Source: Amoebophrya sp. A120
Lineage: Eukaryota; Protista; Dinoflagellata
Length of the DNA stretch: 64,000 nucleotides
Direction: 5' to 3'
NCBI GenBank assembly: GCA_905178155.1
Contig: CAJINV010000005.1
Coordinates: forward strand, 4,505,556-4,569,555
The notes below the pieces were generated by a model that was not told the DNA's origin, ran no database searches, and was given only the letters and a program-made list of their open reading frames with translations. How positions within the stretch are numbered: the first letter of the stretch is position 1; every line of letters starts with the position of its first letter. Positions 1-10,965 of the stretch are shown piece by piece. A program made the translations under genes and the position numbers.

Positions 1-134
1 TACCTGAGCAAAACAGTGGCGGACATACTACTGAAGCCCAACATGGCCTCTGGAATGAGGCTCATGGTGTTGAGGCAGATTCGGATGATGATAGTGCGGA
101 GCCGGAATCGCCGGAGGATCGCAGAACAAGGTAA
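1..134 (+). CDS. Possible 3' end of an upstream gene (acidic tail ...EADSDDDSAEPESPEDRRTR*)
   Basis: Open frame from base 3 to TAA at 132-134, followed by AT-richer sequence; same strand as all host genes. Confidence 0.3.
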   Translation, partial: PEQNSGGHTTEAQHGLWNEAHGVEADSDDDSAEPESPEDRRTR

Positions 135-403
135 AATTTGAGGCGAAAATACAATGTTTTTAAGACCAAAAGAAAATGTTCGCTGGAAATGAATTGCCAG
201 CTACTTACAACGAGCCGGAACATAAATAGTACGTCAAACAGTTACAACTCTCTCGCCTGAAAAAGCGAGCACCCGATTGATTTTTATCGAGTCACAGATC
301 ACAGCCACAATAACACTTCGAAGATGCGTTGTGCCGCCGCATTGCTATTCTATCGTGATAGAACACCAAAAGGTGCGTTGGAGTCGATGCGCTCCTCGAA
401 TGT

Positions 404-3400
404 ATGCATCCAAAAACAATTATATGGTATCACTTAGTTTTGTGGACGTCTTCGCAAGAAAACGAAAACAGGCCGTTCCTGCGTGGCTGGCGTCCGTCCG
501 ATCTTCCCGAATACGACGAATACCGACGAGATTGCCTGCGGTTTTCGGTCTGTCCTCCCGCTCCGCTTTGTAAAAGAGGCGCTAGTGGGCAGCCGACAAC
601 CGCTACGGCAACGGCGGCCGCATCTGCACGCTGTCGAAAATCAGAGGACGGAACTAGTTCGGCACTTGCGCTCCATCCCGTAAAAAAAGCAGACACCGTC
701 TCCGTTGATGGAGGAGCGGAGGACCCCCGCGCTGCCGCGAACGCAAGAAGGCAGGACTTGTCGCCTGCGGAAAAAGACTACGAAAGCATATGTGTCGACT
801 GGGATCGCTTTGTGTCCGAAATTCACGCACACTGTCGAAGAAAGAAGCGAGGGTGCAAATCGGACTCCGAGGTTGCAAATGAGCTTGGGGGAAGCCCACG
901 GCGTTTCCGCCGTGCGCGGCGCTTTCTGCTTGGACTGAGGGATGAGTTTTCTCGCGAATGCAGCAGGGCATCGGACTCATCTGAAGACGAGGGGATAGCA
1001 GGAAAAAAACCATCCAGAGCTGAAGAGGACAGAAGCCGCCGCGTTTACCCGGTGACCGATGAGCGGCAATCGCGGAAACAGCTCGCAGTATTTTGTGGTC
1101 GCGATGGAAGTCGCGAGCACGACCACGGGATGCGAGCTGGCCTGCCTCGCAGTCATATCGACGAGGAAAGTGATGTTGTTGCGAAAGGCCACTTTCCTGA
1201 CGGCGAGGCGAGAACATCCGACAACAGCTACGGGAGGAGCGATTTTTTCCCATCCAATGCAGCCGTGTACGATTGTGCCGAGTTGGAAGCACGCCTCGGA
1301 GACTTGCACCTTCACGGAGAATATGGATCGTAAAAATGTCTGGGTCTGGAAGAGTGCAAGATTTGTGATGCAGGTTTTCCATGGCCCATGAGGTCTGGAA
1401 TGCGAGACCCAGCATGACAGATTCTTTGAGGCCTCTATCATGCCTTTCCTGCATGAGAGACTCCCTCTCAACTTGGTCAAAAGCGGACAGCTTTTGGTAC
1501 TCACGCAACACAGATTTTTGCATCATTCAGATTTAGCATGACAAGCTCTAATCTTCCAGACCGAGACACTTTTACATTTGATAGAGAAGGACCACTTGCG
1601 GAACAACGGCAAGGACGGGATGATCCTGCTGGAGCACCAGCAGCGCCACACGAGGACGATTCTGAGGATCATGACCACGATGAGCAGGCGCAACTCCTGT
1701 TACACGCGGCCGGCCACAACGAGGATCTTTACACTTCTTCTATCGTCCAGCAAAACGTCCAGCTGCAGCGGTCGGAACAGATACAGCAAGCGCAGACTGC
1801 GTTCCAAAATTACCTCGCCCAGTTAAGCACCGATCCGGTGTACAACAGCATGTACCAGCGTGGCGTCGTGTATCACGTCTCCTGCCCGGTCCAGTGGTTA
1901 GACGACCAGCGCCTCCTCGCTGCCCCGATCTACCTCCGCGGCCCCCTTGTGCCGCAGGAAGCTGTTCCTCGGAAGTCCGCGCGCATGCCCTTGTCCGAGG
2001 AAAGCCCGGGCGAGGGGCGTCTGTCGCCGAAAGCCACAGGCATTTTGCTGAACAGTGGGCGGGTGCGAGTCCGGGATATGACACCCTCCCTGCACCTGCC
2101 TCGCATGAACTTGCTGAATGAAAGGTTGGCGACTCCAGCACCGGTTGAAGATCGTGATGCTGGCAACGACGAGGTAGGACCGCCTGAAGCACATGAAGCT
2201 GGTTTATCACATGCTCTGGTTGGCGAGTCATTGGTTCGACTTCCCTCGACCTCAGCGGCGGGTCATGGAAGATCTTTCGAGGAACAGCACCCCGATTCGG
2301 CACAGGGCGCCATGGTCACAAACCGCAGGAGACCTACCGCTCTTGCGAAGCGCACGATTTCTCTTGAAGATTGCCTCGGTGCTGGCGTCAGCGGTTCTTG
2401 TGTGGTTGTAGACGGAGCCGCGCCGCCATATCGAAAGGAAAAATCCCCCCTCCCCATATCAAAACGGAATTTCTGATGCTGGATTTGCGTACACAAATCA
2501 GCTTTGTATTGCAGAGAGGCATTGCGGCCAGATCCCCAGGCTAGGTAGGGGCGTATGGGCCTAGTTGCTCAGCACGGCAAACGGCTGACCTTTAGGCCCA
2601 ACAGCATGACAAATCGCTTCCATAATGGGGCGGAAGCTTCTGCCCTTGTCTTCTTGCAAGACAAATGTGATTTGTGACCTCAAATCAGCAACGCAAATTT
2701 TCGGAAACATACCTTTTCGATATGGGGAGGGGGGATTTTTCCTCTCAATACGCCAGCTCCCAAATTTAGTAGTAGAGAGGGGCCAGAGCAAGCATTGGAA
2801 GAACAAGCGACCTCCAACAGCTGCGGTAGGAGCACGATTCAGGAACTGGAGGTCGCGTTTGACTGCTCTCAACATACTTCTCCTCCAAGCCGCTACCACC
2901 ATTGCCGCGCGGGGTCGAGAACTAGCACCTCGGCCGGCTCCGCGTGCGGTGGCGCAGCGAGTGCCGGGAGCTTCTCGGCGAACATGCCGTCCAGCGGATC
3001 TTCTTCGGAACTTGTTGGCCCGCGGTGTGGTTCCTCAGCGCTGTCCGGGACGAGCCCGGGCTGCTCGCCGGTGGTTGGGCCGGTTGGCGGGGCTGCTGGG
3101 CCCTCCGCGGGGGGTCCCCTGGAGGTGGTGCACTTGGAGCCCGCTTTCTCAACGATGCACGGGACCGCAATTGGTGCTGGAGAAGGAAAAGGCCATTCAT
3201 CCGTGGTTAGCGCAACATCAGCCCCCGCAAAGAGATTGAAGCGGTTTCAGCCGGTCGATCAGCAGCGCATGGTCGACGAATATCATGACCCACGGCAACA
3301 ACAACCGCTCGTGCCTAACCCCGGCCCCTGCAACCACCCGATAATTCATAATGTACACGCCCCCGTTCCCGTTGATCCGCAGCAACTGCAACAGGTGGAG

Positions 3401-3862
3401 TTTTTGTGGCCCGCGCAGCAGCATCAGTGCTGCGTCCATGCCGCTGCGGAGGACGTGGAACAGCAGCGGGTCATGGTGACCCCTCCTGTTCCCTATCCTC
3501 AACTACAGGGGAGATCTTTCGCTGCACAGCCACACGCGCCGCATTTCTGGCCAGGAGCGGCGGTCTACCCAACAACAGGTTCCACACCGCATGCTGAGCT
3601 GCTGCACCAGCAGCACCACATGGTTACTATGCAGGCAGCACAAGTGGTTCCTCCTGCACCTGCTCACGGAACAGGTGACGGAGCGGCAGGTGCAGGTGCG
3701 ACGCAACAGAACAGACCTGAACCGAACCAGTGGAGATTTTTATCTCGAATCCAGCATTGGCGCGGGCCGCCTCCACCACCGACTAGCCCACCACCACTGT
3801 TTCTCACAACTATCCAGCAGCCCCAGGATGCGTCTCCGCCACCCCCGGTCGTGTATCAGTAG
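404..3862 (+). CDS. Hypothetical low-complexity protein; exons ~404-1321, 1589-2428, 2756-3862
   Basis: ORFs 404, 1538 and 2795 join in frame (LHLHGE|GPLAEQ; GAAPP|APKFSS) once two TIR elements plus one TSD copy each are removed; no recognisable domain; start codon uncertain. Confidence 0.65.
1322..1583. mobile_element. Introner, family A (subfamily A1, opposite orientation to 5059 and 26527)
   Basis: TIR TAT..GTAAAAATGTCTGGGTCTGGAAGA / TCTTCCAGACC.AGACA.TTTTACATTTGATA; TSD GAGAA at 1317-1321 and 1584-1588; in-frame removal. Confidence 0.9.
2429..2750. mobile_element. Introner, family B
   Basis: TIR TAT..AAAGGAAAAATCCCCCCTCCCCATATC / GATATGGGGAGGGGGGATTTTTCCTCTCAATA; TSD CGCCA; near-identical to 6717 and to 17259 (reverse). 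Confidence 0.9.
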
Positions 3863-4635
3863 CGGTAGGTGGATAAACAAAAGCTGAGCACCAAAGAACT
3901 CGAATCTGTAGGGAGAACCAAAAACGCAAGCCACAAGTTTTTCAATCCTGCGAAGCAGCGCAAGAGAATTTTAGAGCTGTACTGTCATCATATGCATGGA
4001 TATAGGTCCTCCGCAGCTCGATTCACTGCCCGGTGCAGCACTGGTGATGGAGCACAACTTTCACATCAAAATGTGATGAGTGAACCCAATGTAAAGCACA
4101 TCCGTAGATTTTTACACATAAGCATTAACAACGGCGAACTGACTCGCGCCTGCTGGTTTTCCATCACGACTAGAGCATTGCAACGGCCGCCCCATCGCAT
4201 CTTTTACATGTAGAACAGACATCGAAAAAGAAAATGATAAACGGCGAAAATCGAAATGCAGAATGGATCAAAGTAGCTTCGAAGCCGAACACAACGATCA
4301 TTTCTTATTTTTCCAAGGCTAGTAAGGCTTATGATATATTTTAATTTTTCTTCGCGGATCTCGTCCTACGAACAGACTGCTCTTCCTTGTGTCTGTGATG
4401 CCTTGTGAACAGATCTCAGTTTTTTAGTGTCCGCCCGCACCGAAAAAAAGATATGTCTCAATTTTCTGCTTCAAGTGCGTGTGGTTATCAATGTGCTTTT
4501 TTGCACCAGGATGATGGCGAAATACTTTCCCAGTTCTTTCCTTACTACATACTTGTTGCAGCGCATTTGGAATATCTGATAGATTGTGTATATTATATCT
4601 AGTGCCAGTACTATTGCGGACGACAACGGAGTAGA

Positions 4636-7600
4636 ATGTGGTTTTCCTCCTCGGCTTTGCGCGAGAGCCTCTGGAGCTCCGTCGTTATCAAAGTGAAAAA
4701 AGCCCCCACCCCATATCGGAAACGGAAGATGCGCGAATTTGTGATGCTGTATTTGAGTACACAAATCAACTTGTATTGCTAGAAGGCCAAGAGACGAAGC
4801 TGCGGCCTAAATTGCAGGCAATCTGTCATGCTGTTTCCACCTTCCAGTTGCCTACTGTCATCCTGGAGCTGCAAGGCTTTCTCACGCTAGACAGCACTAC
4901 AGTTCGCATCTTTTGCCTTCTAGCGTCACAGACCTGATTTGTGACCACAAATCTGCATCACAGATTTCCGTTTTGATATGGGGAGGGGGCATTTTTCATT
5001 GTAATAGTCGTGGTTGATTCACGAATGGCCGTCTGCATCACCTGGATTCTTCTTTTTCTATCAAATGTGAAAATGTCTGGGTCTGGAAGAATGCAACTTG
5101 TCATGCTAAATCTGCAGCATGCAAAAATCTGTGTTGCATGATTACCAAAAGTCGTCCAGTTTTGACCAAGTCGGGAGGTAGTTTCTCATGCAGGATAGGC
5201 ATTCGAAAGGTCTCGCAGAATCTGTCATGCTAGGTCCTGCATTCCAGATCTCATGGGTCATGGAAAAGCAGCATGACAAATCGCGCATTCTTCCAGACCC
5301 AGACATTTTTACAGTTGATATTTTCTCACGATGGGCGATAGAACAACAAGTTCATGCTCCGCGGTGCAGCTGCGATCCAGTCTTGTTGGTATCGCGCAAC
5401 GAGGTGGAGCATCCTCGGTTAGTGGCGCTGCTGCTGTGCAGAATGGCGAGAGGCCCGTAAAAATCGAGTCCGAAGCGATCAGTGGTGAAAGTGAAACCTC
5501 TGAAAGCGAGCCCCCCTCTTTCACCGTTCTGAGCTGGAATATTCTATCGGATACGTGTTTGCAACGCCAACTACGGCCGCGAATGAAAGTGGCTTGTCCT
5601 GACTGGGCATCCCGCGGTCAGAATATCCTTGCACAGATCCAACAACAGAATCCGGACGTCATCTTGTTGCAGGAGGTACTTACAACAGCTGGTAGTTTTA
5701 CGTAAGACGAAAGAGGTTACTGTTATTGACTGTTACTTTTTCAGCCCAGCTGTGTCGACCCACACGCATCTTCAACTTGACCCTCTCATTTCGTGTGTGA
5801 GTGTGGTCTACCGAAAACCATTTTCGAATGACATTTTCTGTGCGAGTCAGTGGATTGTCATCATACACAATATGATTATGTTACAAGGTCGACGAGCAGC
5901 TGTGGACTGACTTTTTCCAGCCAAAGCTGGAGGCTCGTGGTTACGACGGGCAATTTGTGGTGAAGCACTACGACTTGGCCAAGTTTTCGAAAAACGGGAG
6001 CCGGAAGGCGGATGGGTGCGCCACGCTCTGGCGAACTTCGAAGTTTTTCGCAGACTCCGGGAAAGCAATCGACTTTCATGCCTTGTACACGGAAAAATAC
6101 CTTCCCCACAGTCACACGCGGACTGCCATTCGCGATCTCGCGCTGCAGTCGGCGGAAGTAACTGCAAGGCGTGACGCGATCATGCACGAAACAAACCCGC
6201 AAGGAGCAGCACAAGCACGCACAGATGGCGTCGCCCCAGCTGCAGCAGCGCCTCGCCCGGCTACGCGTGACCCCTCCGCGTCGCGAAAGAATAAACGTGG
6301 CAGGAGTGATTCAACATCCGCGAAGAAAAATAGTAAAGCTGCCCTGGAGATAACGCAAAGGTTGAGTGCGCTCTCCCTGGAACAAGGAGGCAGTAGTGAT
6401 AGCGCTGCAGGCAAAGATACCGACGGAGGTGTAGCAACAAGACCTGCAATTTCCGGACAAGCAGGAGACTACCGGGCATCAGAACGTGAGAATCCCAGCA
6501 GTTGCAGCGAGGGATCATCGCTGGAGGAGGGATCATTTGAGATCGTCTCGGCTGTGAGCCATTCAGGCGATGACCTCTCTTCGTCGACGTCAGGCGGTCG
6601 GGCGGACTCGTCGTCCGCACGCTCTGAGCTACGAGCGTCTCCGGTGATAAAGCCTCCACCTGGCGCGGTAACCACGCAACCGGACGAAAGAGAGAGAGCG
6701 ACCACGAGGACAACTCTATGAAAAGGAAAAATCCCCCCTCCCCATATCAAAACTAAATTTCTGATGCTGGATTTGGGTACACAAATCAGATTTGTGTTGC
6801 AGAAAGGCATGGCGGCCAGATCCGCAGGCTAGCTGGGGGCGTATGGGTCTAGTTGCTCAGCATGGCAAGCGGCCTCCCTTTAGGCCCAACAGCATGACAA
6901 ATCGCTTCCATAATGGGGCGGAAGCTTCTGCCCTTGTCTTCTTGCAAGACAGATGCGATTTGTGACCTCAAATCAGCAACGCAAACTTTCGGAGACATAC
7001 CTTTTCGATATGGGGAGGGGGGATTTTTCCTCTCAATAAACTCTTCGTGCGAGCGCACCAGAATTTGTACCCCGGAGAAGCCGTACCGAGAGCAGCGGCG
7101 GCAGCGAGAGCGAAGCGGGCTCTTCCGGGTCGGCTGCCTCGCAGAGGAACAGCTTCCTGGGCAGCAGCGGCGCAGCCGGTCTGTCCGCACACCACACTTC
7201 GGGGGATCCCACACCAATGGATAGCTACAACGTCGCCCTAGTGCTGGTCCTGCGACTGAAGGAAGACCGTAAGCATCCATCTGATGTTGACCACTCTGCC
7301 GAGGGCCGCAGGAAAACAACAACAAGCACCGACGTTTCTGCAGACGAACGAAGTCTAGCGGTACAACTACACCAAGACCACCAAAAGACCGTCGTGATAG
7401 TGAACACGCACTTGATTTACGGCAGCGAAGCGAATCACGACCTCGTCCGCCTGTGGCAGGCCTGCGCGCTTCGGGAGGTTTTAGAGAAGGAATACCGCGG
7501 GCCTGCGTACGAATACAGACTGCCGATGATACTCGGTGGCGATTTCAACGCGGAGCCGAGTTCTTTGTTGTATCAGTTCATGAAGTCGGGATATGTACCG

Positions 7601-10125
7601 ACCGATCTTCTTGTCCGCGACGCTTTCCGCCATAGCACGCGTTTAATGACGGGGCTGCAGCGGTGGGAGGAAGACTTGCTGAAGCGGATCCGCCGCCCCC
7701 AGACCCAGGCCGAGTCGCAGCAGCGGTTCTTGCCGCTCCGAAGCGCTTTCGACCTCCTGCGTCAGGGCGCGGAGCCGGCATTTACGCAGAGCCAGGAACA
7801 ATTTCAATTGGACGCGACCTTGTTCAGTCCTTCTGTTTTCGAGCGCAAGACGCTTGACTACCTCTTCGTCACCAGCGACTTATTACGGGCCGAATCCGCA
7901 GACGTTGTCACCGCGTACGACCGCGCTGCATGCAGATGCACCTCCGGCTTTGACAGCAGCCCGCCAGATGAACCACCTTTGTCTACTGGCGCGGCAGGAG
8001 AGTTGCGCAACATTGCTAGCGCCGCCGCCACGAGTAGTTGGTCGCAGTCTGACAGCCCGAATTCATCAAGTGTTGGCTTTCAGAGTCGTGATTTAGACGT
8101 GTCCGCACCCGTCGTGTCGGACCATTTTCTATCAAATGTAAAAATGTCTGGGTCTGGGAACTTGTGATGCTGGGTAGCGTCTCATGATGAGGCTACAAAT
8201 GCTGGCTCAGCATGACAAGTTTCTGAGCTCCTAGGTGTTGCCTATTCTGCATGACAAACTGCGCTTCTGCATCACAGAAATACGCAGCTCTTGGGTAACG
8301 TGCATGACAGATTTAAGAGTCATGCCAGACAAGCATGACAAACATGAATTCTCCCAGACCCAGACATTTTTACATTTGATATTTTCCCTTGGTTGCGAGG
8401 TTCTCCTTTGCAGGCCCCCTCAGCAGTGTCACGGTACAGAAGTTCGGACAGTTCCCCCGCGCGTGCAGTCTAGAAGTCATGTCGTTCGGAAGCCGCGACC
8501 TGGTGCTAGCCGCCCAGGAGAAGCAGTGTCAATTGTTCGAGAGTGATTTCGTCCGCAAGAATTCGACAGCCAGTGGCGACCATCCGGTGCTGCCGGCTGC
8601 TGACGCGAAGGACAGGGAGAGGGTGTTCGGCACCCTTTTGCACAGCGCAGCTGCTTCGGGATTACCCTATATCGTGCGGTCCCTGTTGAACCGGGCTGGA
8701 GCCACACCGGATTTTCCGCACCCGAGGACGGGAAGAACTGCCCTCATGGAGGCAGTAGAAAATGGGCACCACCACGTGCTTGGCCTGCTCGCGCATGTTG
8801 GCGCCGATTTGGATTTGCCGAACCCACAGACCGGTGTGACACCCCGGGTGTTCTACGAGGGAACCTTGACGCAGAGCTTGCAACACGTGTACAGCCTGTT
8901 GTGCTCTAGCACTTCAAGCACCCCTGAGATTCAACGTGCGCTGCTGAAATTGCCTTTTCACATTATTGAGAAGGTCCGCACCTGCCCGCAGCTGCAGGGA
9001 TGCTACGAGGCAGCGAGACGAAACCGGCAGCAAGGGAGTAGTGGCAGTACAACTCCTGCGCCGACTCAACAGCAGGGTCTCCCAGCGGTGGATCAAGCAT
9101 GTGGTGCTGGTGGTGCCTTTCAGAACAGAAGTGAAGATACAAGAACTTCTGAACAACGACCAGAAGGCAGCTTATCATCAGCTTCACTTGCTCATGCTCA
9201 ACATGCAACTGAAAATGTTGACCAAGGGCGGACATACCACGCGTCACCCCCATCTTCCAATGCAGCCACGGCGACACCTGAGCTGCATGTGTATGAGCCA
9301 ACCGTGGCACAACTGATAGACCAACTGCCTTTTCGCGCTGGCTCGCTCCAGCAGGACAACCCGGTTCGTGCGCTGGGCGAAGCTGCGCTGCAACAGCAAC
9401 AAGATATACTGCGCTTACGGCATGCTGTGCAGTACTTTGCTTGCCAAAGTCAAGCTCACCAGGCGAATGCGGAGCAACTGCGTCAGCAAAATGCAGTTCT
9501 CGTGGACGCAAACGCACAATTGCTCGCCAGGTTGCAAAAGGCTGAGCAGCTAGTTCAGTCCTCGGCCCACTCAATGCTCGAATTGCGAAACGTTGCGTTC
9601 GAATATCAAAAACGCTGTGCGGAAGCCGGGCAAAAGTCGTTGTCGAGCAGATTGGCTGATGAGACAATAAAGCCAGGAATTCCTTCCTCCGCGGGGCAGG
9701 ATTTGGCCGCCGCCTCTGGGGTGCTTGCTAGCTGCGAGCAACAGTCGAGCAGACCAAGTTGTGGACCTGCTTCACAGTGTAATTCCGGGTCTAGCAGCAC
9801 AATCTTAAACGGTGGAGTAGGAGAAGGCGAGGATCCAGCCATAGCCGACGGCTCGAACAGCCCTCACCAAGAAGGAAACACGCCTGAGCACAGCGTCACT
9901 TCGGAGGTCTCCTCTCGGGAAACAGAAAATGAATGGATTGTTACGGATGTGACGGAAGGTCGTGCGGCAGCAAACGGCGATACGAGTTCGCTAGACCGCG
10001 AGCGTGGCGCTGCTGCAGCTTTTCTCGCGCAAGCACGACAGGTGAGAAGGGAAAGCGTTGCGGAAACACGTGAACCAGAACCTGCTGCCGAGCGTAAAAT
10101 AGAAAAACAATATGCACAGATTTGA
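4636..10125 (+). CDS. CCR4/nocturnin/Angel-like EEP phosphoesterase fused to ankyrin repeats and a coiled coil; exons ~4636-4685, 5012-5058, 5326-5675, 5888-6716, 7044-8129, 8387-10125
   Basis: Motifs VLSWNIL, DVILLQE|VD, DGCATLWR, NTHL, GDFNAEP, TLDYLF, SDHF|PLVARF; ankyrin-like LLHSAAASG and GRTALMEAVENGH; four introners plus a GT-AG intron at 5676-5887; 5' exons less certain. Confidence 0.85.
4686..5006. mobile_element. Introner, family B variant
   Basis: TATCAAAGTGAAAAAAGCCCCCACCCCATATC ... GATATGGGGAGGGGGCATTTTTCATTGTAATA; TSD GTCGT. Confidence 0.85.
5059..5320. mobile_element. Introner, family A1
   Basis: Family A TIRs; TSD TTTTC; removal gives ILLF|LTMGDR. Confidence 0.9.
6717..7038. 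mobile_element. Introner, family B
   Basis: Family B TIRs; TSD AACTC; removal gives RTT|LRASAPEFVP. Confidence 0.9.
8130..8381. mobile_element. Introner, family A2
   Basis: Family A TIRs; TSD TTTTC; removal restores EEP motif SDHF|PLVARF; reverse-complement copy at 21786. Confidence 0.92.
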
Positions 10126-10965
10126 AGCATAGTGAAGGAGGTGCAGAAACGAGCGCATCGGCAGGAACAAAGTAGATATGAATTTGCAATTTTCAGGGTC
10201 CGTCATGTCTATCGGAGCTGTTCACAAAAGGTGATCACCGTGGTCGTTGCACGGTGAGATGGGCAACGATATCGATATGCCACAGAAATAGCATTGCAAT
10301 AAACAAAATATAGAAGTACTTTTTGGCTTCATGTTGTGCCTCGAATGTCTTGATTACCTCAACAAATAATGATCATTACTTTCTCATTGTCACTTCACAG
10401 AACGGTCTAGCGTGACCATCTTTTGTTTTCTGATGAATGTACCGATTCACCAGGGTTTTTGTTTTACTTATAAATATGTTTTGCAGGAAAACCCCTATTG
10501 CTATTTGTGTCTTGTCGAAATGCACACCGGAATCTCATCAAGGCGTCCGTCCATGATGGGTGGCAACATGCAATCAAAATGTGTTTATCGATCGAGTTTT
10601 TTTAGGTGGAAATTTTCCGAAACAGAAGTTGATGTTCTTCCTCGAAGTTGCATTGTTCGGTCCACGAAGAAATGGAGCGTAGATACGACATCAAAATAGA
10701 TGCCGCGAATCAAGATCGCATCTGACCTGCTTGTGTTTTCCCATTCAAAAAAAGAACCACGGACAACATGGTCAGCGTCCCCATGACGAACTACTGATAT
10801 TATTTGAATGAAGGTCACGTTCACGAGTATCGAAGTTGTCAGTCGCACTCAGCGCAAAATTCTTGAGGATAAAGTTTATACTTATAGACTCCACTTCCGC
10901 ATGTGATGTAGATCGTTATTATTTTATTTGTGGCAGCTTTCTTTCACCTGCTCTTGGAGTTTCAA

